This document shows, in pieces, positions 25,389 through 38,640 of a DNA stretch of 64,000 nucleotides. The DNA is from Glaucostegus cemiculus (lineage: Eukaryota): the NCBI GenBank assembly GCA_976551045.1, contig CDPCPM010000060.1, positions 4,402,001-4,466,000 on the forward strand, in the 5' to 3' direction. Positions within the stretch are counted from its first letter, which is position 1. Every line of letters starts with the position of its first letter. The notes beneath the pieces were generated by a model. The model had not been told where the DNA came from and ran no database searches. It saw nothing but the letters and a program-made list of their open reading frames with translations. The translations under genes and the position numbers were made by a program.

Positions 25389-27984
25389 CTATACAAGAAA
25401 TGAAAGGACCTTATTAAAAATACCATTAGCTCCAGAGATTTGTTTTCCTTCCGCTCTTTCTTGTGAGGAAGAGCTTGGCCTTCATTTGGATAGGCTCCAC
25501 AACTGAACTAGTGAAGGAATAGTGCACACTGCAGGCTTGAACCCCTCACACTCCATCATATATCTCAATATCCCAGAGAGTGGTCCTTGAGCTATGTGTC
25601 GGTTGAAATTGTGGCTCAATGACAACATACTTATGACTTACATAAACCAACAAAATATATTGATTGTTGAAGCAAAGTAACACCAAAAATCATTAGAAGA
25701 ATCAATGGAGCTTTTAATCATTAAATCTGATATGAATACACCAGGAGGGGTTCTGTCTGAAGTCTTGTTTCATGACCTAAAGTCCATAGGTCAAAACTAA
25801 ACCACTGGATCATTTCATCTGGCTCTGCAAGCTGCTACTAATTATTCATTTTTACCACTGGTTGTTCTTCTGTCATTTTTCTCATGCTGGATAAAGTAAA
25901 GCAAATAGTCCAGATCTCATGTTAAAACTGTTGTGCACCACTTGCCGATGTTGTTAGCATGAAAGCACATTGGAAATTGGAGATTCTGCTGCTGTTAACC
26001 CACTACCCTCTCTCGCTGCTTGCTCTCCCCCACCCCATAATCCCCTGCCTGCATGTCACCCTCCCAAGCTTCCACCGTAGTGCTATTCCACTTCCAAGTG
26101 TAAAATGTCGCTACTTTAAACTTGGGAAAATACATTTACATGAAAGTAGATAATTGCAATAATGATTTCAATAAAATCTGAATGCAGTGTTCATTCCTCG
26201 TGAGTCAGAGATATGGTAGTATTTGGCAGCTTGGCTGCATCAAATATCTCCATGTAATTGTTTCCAAATATTATTTTTAAATATAAATCTAATTTTAATA
26301 AGTTAATCCTTTCATTGTCTAGAGCTGGGTGAACACACATAAAAGCAAAATGAAGACTAATTAAAGTAGTTATGTGAAAGCTAATTTGTCAAACCCAGCA
26401 GCACAGTTCACAGATAAATGCTAATATTTGAAAGTCAAATTAAAGTTGAAAAGGGTTGTAATAACAGTTAATTAACTCTTGGTTTGTGTTTTTCTGCATA
26501 CGATACGGTGAACTGACTGAAATATTGCTGGGTCCATCCTTAACATTTCTTACCAGAGAGATAAAATTCAAAGCTTTGAGAAAAGCCTTTGATGTCAGTA
26601 TTCTCTCCAGATTAGACATTATTTTAGGATCCCTTTGTTTAAAAATTCATTTTTATTATCCCTGCATGAAATGCATGGCAATTCCCCAAATAACTAACCA
26701 TCAGGGCATTTAACATCTTCGATCGACACCATATTCTTGATAATTAATACAGACTTTGTACCTCCCCTGTGATGACTGCAAAGGTTTGATTTTTCAGAGC
26801 AACTGTTCATTTAAGGGATCAGCTTCACCCTAATGAAAATGGATTGTGAAACTTTAATGAACAAGACTGTGCTGTCATAATAATAAAGACTTGAAACAAA
26901 ACCAAGTTCGACTTAACAAGCAGTTGACTAAACTAGTGTAGAAACATCAAACCAATTAGATTTTATGTTGAATATTTACACTGGCCTTCAAAGAACATGA
27001 CTTGAATACAGAATCTGGATAAGAGTTAAAAAGAAATTGTGTTGGTTAACATAAGTAAACACTGTCTGATGTTATACTTGAGGATCTAGGTGACTAATGT
27101 GCAGCTGAAAAAGTTTTAGCTTGAGAAGAATGATTCATATTTTTTGAGAGTGCGTCAGATTTTGCTTGTTTTAGCATTTCTGCTGTAATGTTTCATCTAC
27201 TCATGATGTGCATTTTTTTCAAGTACTTCTTGCTGGTGACAATTTGTTCCCTTCATCAAAAATTCAAATGGGTTTTGCATGGCTTCAGTTTTCTACTTTG
27301 CTCACAGTGACTGAAGCAAACAGTCTTTCAATCCATTCCCGTTCTCCTTAACCCCTTTCACTTCCTCCTCACGCCACGTCTATGCTTAGATTGCTGCTGT
27401 CCTGCTTGGTATAGTACTGACCCTTTCAACTAAACTGTGTTCTTTAGATAAATGATTTGGTCATGTTCTAGGCTAGGCGTTGAAGGCAACAGGAGATGGA
27501 ACAATAAATTAGATGCAATTTCTACACAATACCACTAACCAATGCTGGGCAACCAAATATATACAAAAAGGTTTATTCTGATCTCCACCACAATCAAAAT
27601 AACTTGTCCAGGTTCATATGTGAAGAGCAGCCAAATTGGTGGTCACTAAGTGAGATTTGAAAAATATAGCAGTCTGCAATCATGCAGCTGATTTTAGTGA
27701 TCAGGGGAGATAAAATTTGAATGGTAATGTACAAAAGCAACAATTTCCACTTAGCACTCTGAATTTCTACAGGAGAATTACTAGAGAAAATTTGACTCTT
27801 GATGTCATTAGGGGATATTTGGGGCAATTGGTCAAAAGTGTACTCGAAATACATAACTTTTAAGGAGTGCCTGAAAGTGGGAGAAGGGAATAGAGAGTTC
27901 AGGGAGTTAAAAACACTAGTGGTTCTATTATATGTTCAAATCAGTGACTCTAAACGTACTGGTAACTAACCTTACTATATCTTC

Positions 27985-28350
27985 TGTTCTTTGGCAATCC
28001 CTGGGATCAAGTACAAGTTACTTCCACTCCAGTTTTGTGTGTCCTGAGGTGACTATGAGACAGATTGGCAGGATACACTTAACGGGTCAACAGGTAGATA
28101 ATTTATGAGGTAGTGCACTAATTTCATCATTTACTCAGGACTTGTGTATGTTCCCGATGCATGAACTTGGGGTTTTCAATACCATCTTGAATGCTCCTTC
28201 TCCACTTTGAGCAGTCACGGACCAGGAATTCCCAAGAGTCAGTGTGGATGTTGCATTTTTCTCTAGCCAGTTTTAACACATCCTTGAAACTGTTCTTCTG
28301 TCCATCAGATAATCTCTTCCCAAAGCAGAGATTGGAATAGAACTAATGCC
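27985..28350 (-). mobile_element. RTE LINE 3' end, decayed
   Basis: TTCTTTGGCAATCCCTGGGATCAAG...CTTCCACTCC...GAATGCTCCTTCTCCACTTTGAGCAGT; the reverse complement is homologous to 56100-56490. Confidence 0.7.
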
Positions 28351-28449
28351 AGTGTGTCTCCTCCCAGGTCAACATTCCTAGCACTGAAACCCCAGTTAGA
28401 CTCAGTCAGATACATAAGACAGGGCACATCATTCATATGCAACAATATA

Positions 28450-28615
28450 CAATCTGCTGGAGCAACTCAGTGGGTTGAGCAGCATCTGTGGGGGGAAAGG
28501 AATTGTCGACGCTTCAGGACTTATTCCCCAACAGATGCTGCTTGACCCACTGAATTCTTCTGGCAGATTGTTTGTTGCTCCAGATTAGAGCATCTGCAGT
28601 CTCTTGTGTCTCCAC
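28450..28615. mobile_element. Fold-back Penelope terminal-repeat derived element
   Basis: CAATCTGCTGGAGCAACTCAGTGGGTTGAGCAGCATCTGTGGGG pairs with CCCCAACAGATGCTGCTTGACCCACTGAATTCTTCTGGCAGATTG. Confidence 0.8.
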
Positions 28616-31600
28616 ATCATTCATATGCCTGGCACCACACACTAACATATACTTAAGCAGCCTAATCAGTTAAATCTTATAAAATAGCATTAATATAAGA
28701 ATAATAATTTATTGAATCTCAAATATAGTGGCTATAAGCAGCTTTCTTTCAGGCACCAAATGTGGATGCCTGAGAGACAGTAGCTGTTTTATTGGGCTTA
28801 CACTGGGGGTATTGTGTTAACATGCTTGTTTTACTACATGTGGCCCACATCAAAATAATATCAAAAAAATCCAAGCCAACACATGATCCCCTGCATGACA
28901 AACTTTCATACAGTTGTTTTTTAAGGGTGGAAAAAAAGAACCTGGATCAATAGAGCCACTGTAACTTTCATTTATCACGTGTAGTTTGGCTTAAAATGCC
29001 CAATTCAGTGAATTGAAAGAAATAAAACAACACTGGAAAAATAGTACATTGGATGACCACCATTTTACAGGATACAAGAACTACTGCAAATAACTGCAGA
29101 CTCTTAAAACTATAGCTTGCTGACATATTTAGATTACTGAATAAATAGGTATGCATTTCAAAGGTCAAAGGTTATAAAAACTCAGCAGGAATTTTGTACT
29201 GCTTGGCACTAGGTGCTCTGATAGAAGGTCTTTATACAACCCTGTGCAATTCCTGCATTCCCCTCCTCATGACTTTTAAATTTATTTGTAATTGGTGTGA
29301 CCAATGACCATAGTTCGAAATACAAAGGGTGCTGTGTGTTCGCCATGTATTTGATAAAGTTTGTTCCAAATGCAAAACATTTTTGGTAACATTTCTATAA
29401 TATTTTGAAAATGACAGGCTCCATTTGGATAAATGCTGTTACATGTTCTCATGCAAATGTCTGCTTTGTCTCTACTTCTCTCCCCCAGCCCTCAAGCCCA
29501 GTGAGATTACCACCACCTTTTATGCTTATGTCTCCAATCCCACAAACACTCTTTGCCTGTTGCCTCTCTTCCACATACATCTAACATGTCAAGGAACTCC
29601 CAAATCCCCCTAAGGGAATGGCTTTTATCCTGCATCATTTCCCTCCTCAGCAAAGACTTCATATTTACCGATACTTCTCCAACTTTTTTCAAGATGACAA
29701 AAGAAATTGAATGTCTGAAGGTTATTCACCCTTTGAGGACATTACAGAACAGAATAAGGAGGGGGATCTCCATTTGGTGTCTCAAGAGTATTGAGATCAT
29801 TTGCAGGCTCCCACTGAACACTGCATCTTTTTTGCTTTGTGGTATCAAGCAGGACAGCATTTAAAAGCTGGTTTCAGGGAAAAAAATCCACCTACCATGA
29901 AGATTTTGTGTTTACAACTCTCACAAATATACTTGAAGAAATACCTCCTCTTGAACATGAATTGAAATTAGTCTACAAATCAGGGGAGTTTTAAGAATAA
30001 ACATAAATAAAATAGGTATTTAATAAAAACATACTGAAAATATGCTGGCTGTAAAAAGCTATAATATATACTTTTAATGATTTTGCACATAACATTACAG
30101 TGCCCCTCTATTTCAAGGAAGATGCCAAATCAGTTATTTTACATGGGTTAAAATAGGGCAAAGGAAGGTTGTATAAGCAGCTTAAGCTTTCATACGTTAC
30201 AACTACACAGTATAATATTAAGGTCAATTAAAATAGAAGACAGATGCAATTTGGAACATAGCATTCGTTGAAAAGTCTAATATATAGAGGCATTCACCCT
30301 CTGGTGGATAAAACACACCAATACAGTTCATAAAACACCAAATGATAGTTAATTTGAAAAAATAAAGAAAGATACTTATCTTTGGTGGTTTAGCCATTTT
30401 CACACTTTTCAGAAAAGAAACACAGCAATTTCATTAAAAAATATTGAAAACACCATCTTTGTTAAGTTGAAAAGAAGTCAAATAGATTGGGCAGTTGTTC
30501 CTGTTTTAATAAAAATAAAAGAATAAATATACCAAAATGGCTGATAAAAACACAGCTTTAGAGAAAAAGGAAAATTTATTTCTCCCTGTTGTATTTGCAG
30601 GTTGACATTTCATTTATATTTTGTTTTCCCACCTTAACACTTGCTCATTTAAATCCAGAAATATTTCTTCCAAGACTTATGTTGAAATCATTGCATGAGT
30701 TATATATTTATAGGTGTACCTGAGAAATATAATTGTCCTATTATTTGATTTGAAACTTTTCATTCCTAGGTAAAACAGCATGAGTGTAACCTTATTTTTC
30801 ATTAAAAATAATTATTAGAGATATACATTAACTTGCTCCTTCTCCAGTTAAAATGGATATTGTTGTGAAGGTGCTGATATTTCCTGTAATTATATCTTGC
30901 TTTACCTGGTGTGTGTCAGGTACTTTGATAGCTTCAAAGGACTGCTTATGACACTTGCATGCTAATGCTTTAAGCTTTGCAATCATGCACATCCATACAA
31001 ATTTAATTGAAGTTACAGGTTCCTTTCTTCTCTTCCTTCACTTTGTGCCCTTCTGTTTTTTAAAACATGCAAGTAAAAATGGATGAGGCTAATCATCATT
31101 GAAAACAAGTTATTGGGAAAGTGGTAAATGCTGGCTTGAAATCAGAAACATATTTCTTTAGTTGCGCATAGTAATAGGAAAATTAAGTGGAAAAAAGTAT
31201 ACATCGAGAGAAATGGAAAGCAGGTGTAATATAATGCAACATTGCAGCTTGGGAGGCTTAAAACTGTCATCCAAACCCTGAGAAAATACTACAGCCTTGA
31301 AATCACTCCCGGTTATTATTTATAACATCTACTTGCTTTAGCTTTACATCGGAGCCTGAACCTAGTTTTGCAGTGGTAGCAGTCATCAGAGTCAAGGTAA
31401 ACTATCCCTTTGGGCTTGGAAGAGAAAAAGTATTCACCAAGGCATCATTGAGAATGAGGGGGGCAACTTTATCCATACCTCACCGGCAGTCTGGGCAGGG
31501 GAAGGACAAATAGGTCACAATTCACCTCCAATGGGCCTCTTGCTGGTTTCAACGGAGGGAAGTGTGGATAGGGGACCAAGTTCTTTCCAGAGGAAGGTCA

Positions 31601-31847
31601 CTAATTGAAATATGGTAAAGAAGCTGTATGTTAAAATTTTGATGATGTTTTATATTTAATATCTGCAGGAAGAGTTTCCCAGGGTTCAAGGAGAAAGAGG
31701 TAAGAATGGCTAGATTAACCAATGAGATGCCTTAACAGCACTGTTTGTGAGATTGGAGTAGATGAAGAACTTGCATTGCCCTCTGAAACCAATCATTTCT
31801 TTATTCCTTGTGATCTCTTCTAATGATTAGAAGCATACAAACAATTA

Positions 31848-32212
31848 GAGTCAAAGAGAAATACAGCATGGAAGTGGGCCTTTGGCCCTACACATCCATG
31901 CTGACCAAAATGTCTATCTAAGTGAGTCCCATTTGCCCGCATTTGGCCCATATCCCTTGAAACCTTTCCTATCCCTGTACTTGTCCAGATGTCTTTTAAA
32001 TGTTGTTATTGTATCTGCCTCAACCACTTTCGCTGGCAGCTTGTTCTATATATGCACCACCCTCTGCGTGAAGAGGTTGCCCCTCAGGTCCCTTCTAAAC
32101 CTTACCCCTTTCACCTTAAACCTATACTCTCTAGTTTTTAATTCCTTTTCCCTGGGTAAAAGACTGTGTGCATTCACCCTATCTGTGCCCCTCGTGATTT
32201 TACACACCTTTA
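31848..32212 (-). mobile_element. CR1 LINE 3' end
   Basis: ATACAGCATGGAAGTGGGCCTTTGGCCC tail; CACCACCCTCTGCGTGAAGAGGTTGCCCCTCAGGTC (DLRGNLFTQRVV on the minus strand). Confidence 0.85.
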
Positions 32213-32819
32213 ATTCAAGGCCTCTCCCTAAGCTCTCTCAAACCTAATTTATTTCTGCCCACTAATTCTCAATCCACAATGTCTTTCCTCACTACACAGC
32301 TGATCCTAATCCTGTCAGCACCATCATGGCTCACAATATCCTCCCTCCTTTGTATCCACTCCTTGGCTGCAATTTGGTGCTGCAGTTGCTCTACCTGATA
32401 TCCAAACTGTCAGCCAGTCTGGCTGTCTCTTAGCAAGGAAACTGAGTCCAAACATTTGTAAGTATTTCTGACTTTCCCAGTGGATGGACTTCTTCTTATA
32501 CTGCCTTCATATAGAAATTGGCATCCTGGTGACCAAGCAGTTTCCATGCAATTTTATATCCTATATAGGTTAGAATATTTGATAATTAAATCAGTAATCA
32601 AAAGACAGAGCCTTAATCTCAACACAAGTTTCTCTGATCTTTGGTATCATAAGATAGCCACTAATATATCCAATATGGAATTCAATGCAAACTTTTTCAC
32701 CCAGGGAATGATTAGAAAGTGGAACTATCTACTCAGGGTGTAATTGAGGTGAACAGCAAAGATGTACTTAATTTGGATAAATTAATGAGTGAGAACGGAA
32801 TAGAAACTTATACAGTTAT

Positions 32820-33123
32820 CTCCAGAGATGTTGTTCTCTGAAGAGATATTAAGCCAAAGCTATGTTCAGTCTTTCACATGGGTGTTAAAGATCCCATTGC
32901 ATACATTTTGAGGTGAATGGAGGAATTATCCCTGATTCTTGATCAATATTTAGTCAAAATCTCCAAACAAAACCCAGCAGGTGATAGTCTTCTTGTAATT
33001 TGTGGGAGGTTGTAGTGAATAAATCAGGTGCCATGTTTCCTATGTAACAATATTGATTACAAAACAAATTGGCTAAAAAGCATTTTAATATGTCCTGATG
33101 TCGTAAAAGGTCTTCTATAAAAT
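32820..33123 (+). mobile_element. Deu-domain SINE remnant
   Basis: TAAAGATCCCATTGCA...TTTGTGGGAGGTTG...GCCATGTTTCCTA...ATTGGCTAAAAAGCA...GTCCTGATGTCGTAAAAGG. Confidence 0.6.
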
Positions 33124-33209
33124 TTAACCATTGTCCACAGTTTTCTTCTCTACTTTTTTCCCTTTTCAGGTGCAGAGTGGAAGAGGAGGCCTTTGTGGAC
33201 CATCAAGCA

Positions 33210-33515
33210 CAGTAATGTAGTTGTTAGCGTAACGCTATTACAGCGCCAGCGACCTGGGTTCAATTCCGGCTGCTGTCTGTAAGGAGTTTGGATGTGCTCC
33301 CCATGTCAGCATGGGTTTCCTCTGGGTGCTCCAGTTTCCTTCCACATTCCAAAGACATATGGGTTAGGAGTTGTGGGCATGCTATGTTGGTGCCAGAAGC
33401 GAGATGTCAACAGCCCAGTTGCAGGCTGCCCCCAGAACACTCTACGCAAAAGATGAATTTCACTATGTGTTTTGATGTACATGTGGCTAATAAAGATCGC
33501 TTATTTTTATCTTAT
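33210..33515 (+). mobile_element. tRNA-derived V-SINE, relatively well preserved
   Basis: A/B-box-like head GTTAGCGTAACGCTATTACAGCGCCAGCGACCTGGGTTCAATTCC; V-domain CTGTAAGGAGTTTG...GGGTTTCCTCTGGGTGCTCCAGTTTCCTTCCACATTCCAAAGAC; tail TTTCACTATGTG...GTACATGTGGCTAATAAAG. Confidence 0.9.
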
Positions 33516-34164
33516 TATACACACTAGCATAGTATCAACCTGTTGGATCAAATGGTCTGTCCTATGCTATATGTTGCAATGTTAGATGTAATTCCACATA
33601 GTTTATCAGATATTGGTGCACAGATCGAACATGATGACTGTAAAGTTGATGTTAGTCTTATTTTTTTAATATACAAAACTAACAAGTGCAATAAAAAGAC
33701 ACAAAGGATTAAAAACTGATATATTTTTTACTCTGAATGCACATCAAGGTGATGTGTTAATGTGTGCTTTGTTGAGCTTTTGGCTTTTAACTGCTATCCT
33801 GATTTCCTTTTTCAAATGTGTTTGTGACTGGCAGTGATTAACCTTCTTTTCATCTTCCTGGAAAATAATCCCCACAAGAAACAATTAAAATTATATTTTG
33901 TGGCACAGACTAATATGACAAAAATTAAATCTTGTGCACAATAGCATTGGGCTAGTAAATTAATATTTTATTAGTGTCTGCCTTTAATTGTAGAACTAAA
34001 AGAACCTCAGAAAGACTAAAGGAAATTTAAAGTTACAACGAGGACCTCACCAGAACCATTAACCTAATTTTCTCTTCAGATATTGATTATCATATAGTTT
34101 CACATTGGGAGTGTGGGCAATTTTTACTTATATTTATGGCTTAAATATCAACTTGGACAGAAGA

Positions 34165-35195
34165 AGTTAGAAACAGAAACAAGCTGTTTAACTACGAGCT
34201 TGTTTCCTCTATTCAATCATGACTGATGTGTAACTTAATATATTTGGCCATTTTTCACCTTCATTAACACAATGTTTAAAATTAACAACAGACCAAGCAG
34301 CAATTGGCATTCACAGAAGGGAATTCCAACCTTCTGCCACCTTTTTGCATGCAGAAGTGTTTCCTAACCATCCTTCCTGGTTCTAATTTGTAGGCGAGGC
34401 CCCCTAATTCTCATGTCCCCAACCAGCTGTAAAAATCACTCTCTACCCCTTAATATCATGAATATTAACTTACATATTCCAGAAATGCAACCCTACTTTC
34501 TGTGAAACTGTACATTTGACAGGATGAATGGAAGGCTAGAGGACAGACAATGGAGGCTAAATGGCTCAGGTTCAAAGGGTGTGCAGGAACAGAGGAACAT
34601 GGGTGCACAATCATCTCTGAAAGTGCAGGGCTTGTTGAGAAAGGCCAGTGTGTTCCTAAGCTTCAGAAACAAAGGCACAAAAGTACAAAAGCAGAAGATT
34701 TATGTTGAACCTCTGTCGAACATTGATCAGGCTGGATCAGGTTGGATAATTGCTTCCAATTCTGATCAGCACACCTTAGGAAGAACATTAAAGTCCTAAG
34801 GAGGATGCAGAAAAGGTAGTTTCGAGGATGAGGAATTTCATGTATAAGGTTCAACTGGAGAAGCCAGGCTTATTCTCCTAGGAACAAAGAAAGTTGAGAG
34901 GAAGTTTGATGGAAGTGTATCAGGTTATGATGAGTTTAAATGGGGTCAAGACCTACACTGTTTCCATTAGCAGATGGTTTGATAATCAGGGTTATAGATT
35001 CAAAGTTGTGAGCAAATGAAGCAAGGGAAATGTGAGGAAATAGATTGAGGCTTTCATAAGGGAATTAAATAGAAATTGAGGGAGAATAATTTGCAGGGTT
35101 AAAGGGAATGGGCAGGGGAATTGGACTGTCTGGATTGCGCTAGGAAGAGCCAGTACTGGCTTAGTGAGCCAAAAACCTCTCTCTGCACAGCAATG
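34165..35195. mobile_element. Two adjacent CR1 remnants in opposite orientation (minus about 34165-34510, plus about 34520-35195)
   Basis: The minus part has GAATTCCAACCTTCTGCCACC...CAGAAGTGTTTCCT. The plus part has GAACAGAGGAACATGGGTGCACA (EQRDLGV-like), GAGAAGCCAGGCTTATTCTCC (EKLGLFSL-like) and a CR1 tail. Confidence 0.6.
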
Positions 35196-35719
35196 AATTT
35201 ACATAAAATTAGATCAAAACAGTGACTTTGGGAGTTAATTTTTTGGATTATTTTCATTTTGCCATAAAGTTTTACAGCATGTGAGTTTTTTGAATGCTTC
35301 TCTATGAAATTATTTTAGAGAAATTAAATAGAAATCAGCTCTTTAGTTTATTAACTATTTTACATATGCTCAGTACAATGATTGCTGATAGCATTATCCT
35401 GATGTGACTAACAAAGGGACCAAAGAGCCAGTAATAATTAAACATTGCCAAATAAAATTATATTTTAATTCCATTTGTTAGATTATTAAAAGTAATCACT
35501 TGATATTATCATCTTGGAGAAGGAAAACACAGAAAGGATTTCATGAGTAGCTGGAATGGGATAAATTACAGTTTGAATGTAACTGACAAAAGTCACAGCA
35601 GTTTAAGGAAGACTATCATTACAATGAGCTCAATCAAGTTGACTGAAGCCAGCCAGCCAGAGTATGATGCAGAATTTTGCACATAATAACCAAGCAGACA
35701 GAGCAAGTGACTGTTGTGA

Positions 35720-38640
35720 TGTGACTTCATATGTTAATGGATGTAGTGTTAAAAATACTGCACAACGTATTACAACCTTAGGATATCTTACTAAGGTCAA
35801 GGCTACCCTGCTATTTTTGCAGAGTTCAGACACCCTCAGCTCAGCAGGCATCAGCAATGGCTGCCGTGGTAGATCCACAGAGAATTGATCTGGTCAGGAG
35901 GCAACAGTCTGGCCTAGCTGTGTGAACAAGTCGCATACCATCACTGAAGTCAAGGAGGTAGTTAGAGGCCATCTCCATGAAGCAGACATGATGTACTTAA
36001 ACACTCTGTAGCGGCTCATCACCATGCATGCCCTGGCTCTGGAGAACAGATTGCTGCCTTCCAGCAGCTCTCACAGGCACAAATGGTGTCTCTGACAGTT
36101 ATTCTGGGACAGTGATTTCAACTGCATTATGATGCAACTGGGAAACCCAGCAGAGCTGACAGCAAATTGGAAATCACAGCCAGACTGCTGATCAAGATTG
36201 TGCCAAGCTCTGTGGCAGTCTCAGCAAATCTGGAGATGCAGCACCATGGGAATACATCTGTTTGATAGAGATCCTGGTTACGCCACACGCACTAATAATA
36301 AGGTTCATCTCTTTTTACTGTCTCCTGCTTGCTCACTGTCATCTACAGGAAGACCAGAAGGCTGGCAAGGGGATATGGGGGATGAATGTGAAACTGAAAC
36401 CCCAGGAAATACAGAGGAATTCAAGAGATATTAAAGAGGTACAAAAGGTGTGAAACCCTTCTTTGACTTCTCATTGCACTGATGGGAAGAAATCAAAGTG
36501 AATATCAAGAGGTTCTTGATTTGCAATCATGTTCAAAAAGCAAATAAGGGAAATGTATCAGCCCCAGATAAGTGTGCAGAATTATTGGTGCTGCAGTCAA
36601 TATGATTTATGTCAAGAAAGTCCACCAAGAAGTCAAGAGACAGCAAGTCTCGATCTTTGCCTTAGGATCCTCCAAGATCATTCACAGATCCAAAGAATGC
36701 TTTGCAGAACAGGACAAAATCTTTTAGTACTTCTTCTTCCTGAAAGTTCACAAAAGGAGCTCTGTGATCAGTCACCTTAAGGAAGAGGATAGATGAGCAA
36801 TGTCCTCACAGTCTAACAAATCCCTTGTATCAGGCTATACAATTTGACAGTCTCAGATGGCACAACCTCCCAAAACTCGAAGGTTTTAGATGCAATGAGA
36901 GAGTCTGGATTTACTGTTAACTCTGGTCAAGGTGACAAGTTTGGTCAATTCTTTTTGGGTTAACAATTCTCCTGGAAACTATGGTTTGCCAATTGAATTA
37001 TAATTTGCTCTGTGCGACTGGATCGGCCCAGGGCTCTTGGAACATTACAGAGATATCCTAGTATGTCAGAATCCATCCACTGATCATCACTTTCATCCAC
37101 AAGCAATAAAAGAGGGAAGCTATCAAATATTTCCAACCCAGGTCACTACTTAATTGGGATTACAAGATTCTGTCCAAGGTTATCATCAATTGAGTCAAAT
37201 CTGTTCTTGGGATGGTGATTCACCTGGATCAGACCCGTGATGTGCCCAGCAGGGAGGTACAACCTGTGTCAGTCACGAATATGATTGCTCACATACAGGA
37301 CAGGGGAGTGGAATGTTGCCTGGTCAGCTAGCTCTAGGAGAAGGCTGCTGACAGAATATTATACACAAAGGATGTGCTCTCCAAGTGAAGCATGGGAAAG
37401 AAATCTGCTATTGGCTATGGCTGCTCTACACAGACATCTGTAATTAATCTTAGGAAATCAGATCTGATGTTAGGTAAGGCTGTTCTCTCTCCTCCTTGTT
37501 TGTTGTGTCAAGCCTTCAGGAACAATGTAGGTAAAGGAGTGGTGATGATCTCGCCAGCAGAAGAAGTCATGTCAAAGCCCCCTGCATGTAGATGACATCA
37601 CATGCTCAGATAGACTCTTGGTCTACAAATGATGAGAATATGATATCAGTCTCAAGGGCCAGAGTTAACCTACAGCAAGAGTGAAATCACATTCTTTGGT
37701 AAATGGTCCTTTGAAGACTCTACCGTCGGGTCTGATTTCCTGAAGGTCCTGGGACTGTGGTTTGGAAGAGCTGGGGCATGCACCAAGAACTTGGTGAAGC
37801 ATATAACCTAAGCAGAGCAGGAACTGAGACCATGGGAGCAATATTCACTCTTGATTGCAAGATGAGAGCTGGTTATCAGTGGGGAGGTGTTGGCTGGTGT
37901 CCTCCATGCCACAGGCCACTTTCTCTGAATATTGAAAATGGATCATGTCTAATAGAGAGCGATCTAATACAAAAATCCAAAGAAAGGGAGGCCACATGTA
38001 GCCAATGTGGCCCTCATCATAATGATTGCCCTTGTGTGCAACTGCATCAAGTTGTACATAGACCCTGGTTATGCAAACACAAGTGTTTGCTGAGGTTCTA
38101 TCTGTGCCCAGTGTTTCAAAGGATGGGTCTGGCCATGTTGCTGTGTAAAGCCACCTGTGCCTTGTTGAAATGTTTGTAGGGAGGAATAAATATGACCATA
38201 ATTAAATCAGGAGATGTTGGATCTGAAGTAGACTGTAAAAGGTATTTAGCAGAATCCCTCATCATCAGAACTTTCACACAAGCACCAAGACTTTGCTTGA
38301 TTCATGGTGAGGAGTATGTTCTCTCCACTCAGATCTGCTGTGCATGGTACAGTATAACACAACTGCCTGCTTTGTTCTTGGACACTGCAATGCAGATGAG
38401 ACCATTGTCCATCTCCCTCTGGAATGTGTACTTGCCAAGAAGGACTAGAGAAAGAAGCAGTGATTTTTGCTATGGTTCATCTGAAAGGATTGTGTAACAT
38501 GGGGTCCTGTGCTCAATGCACTATAGCCAGGGACACACACTGAGGCAATGCAAATAGAAGATTATCAACCCAATGAAAGATGATTCTGCCTGCTTAAAAC
38601 TTGCTGATCTTCCAGAAAGGAGCTGTCTACAGTTGAATGT
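35720..38640 (+). mobile_element. Decayed Tx1/L1-clade LINE ORF2 (APE endonuclease + RT + C-terminal region), many stops and frameshifts
   Basis: Motifs in the expected order: VNGCSVKNTAQRITTLGYLTKVKATLLFLQ (EN start), TITEVKEVVRGHL..ADMMYLN...RLITMHA, (G)DFNCI at about 36113, DYKILSKVI...SVLGMVIHLDQT at about 37158-37235, and HQDFA at about 38283. Confidence 0.85.

Noticed and set aside
33140-33212. Plus-strand exon after the strong acceptor TTTTTTCCCTTTTCAG
   Set aside because: The downstream sequence is a CR1-type tail remnant interrupted by a SINE, and there is no good donor.
33215-33270. tRNA gene
   Set aside because: It is the tRNA-derived head of a V-SINE and continues directly into the V-domain; there is no complete cloverleaf.
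37757-38497. 140-aa and 101-aa ORFs as genes
   Set aside because: They lie inside the decayed Tx1 ORF2 and are mostly out-of-frame readings.
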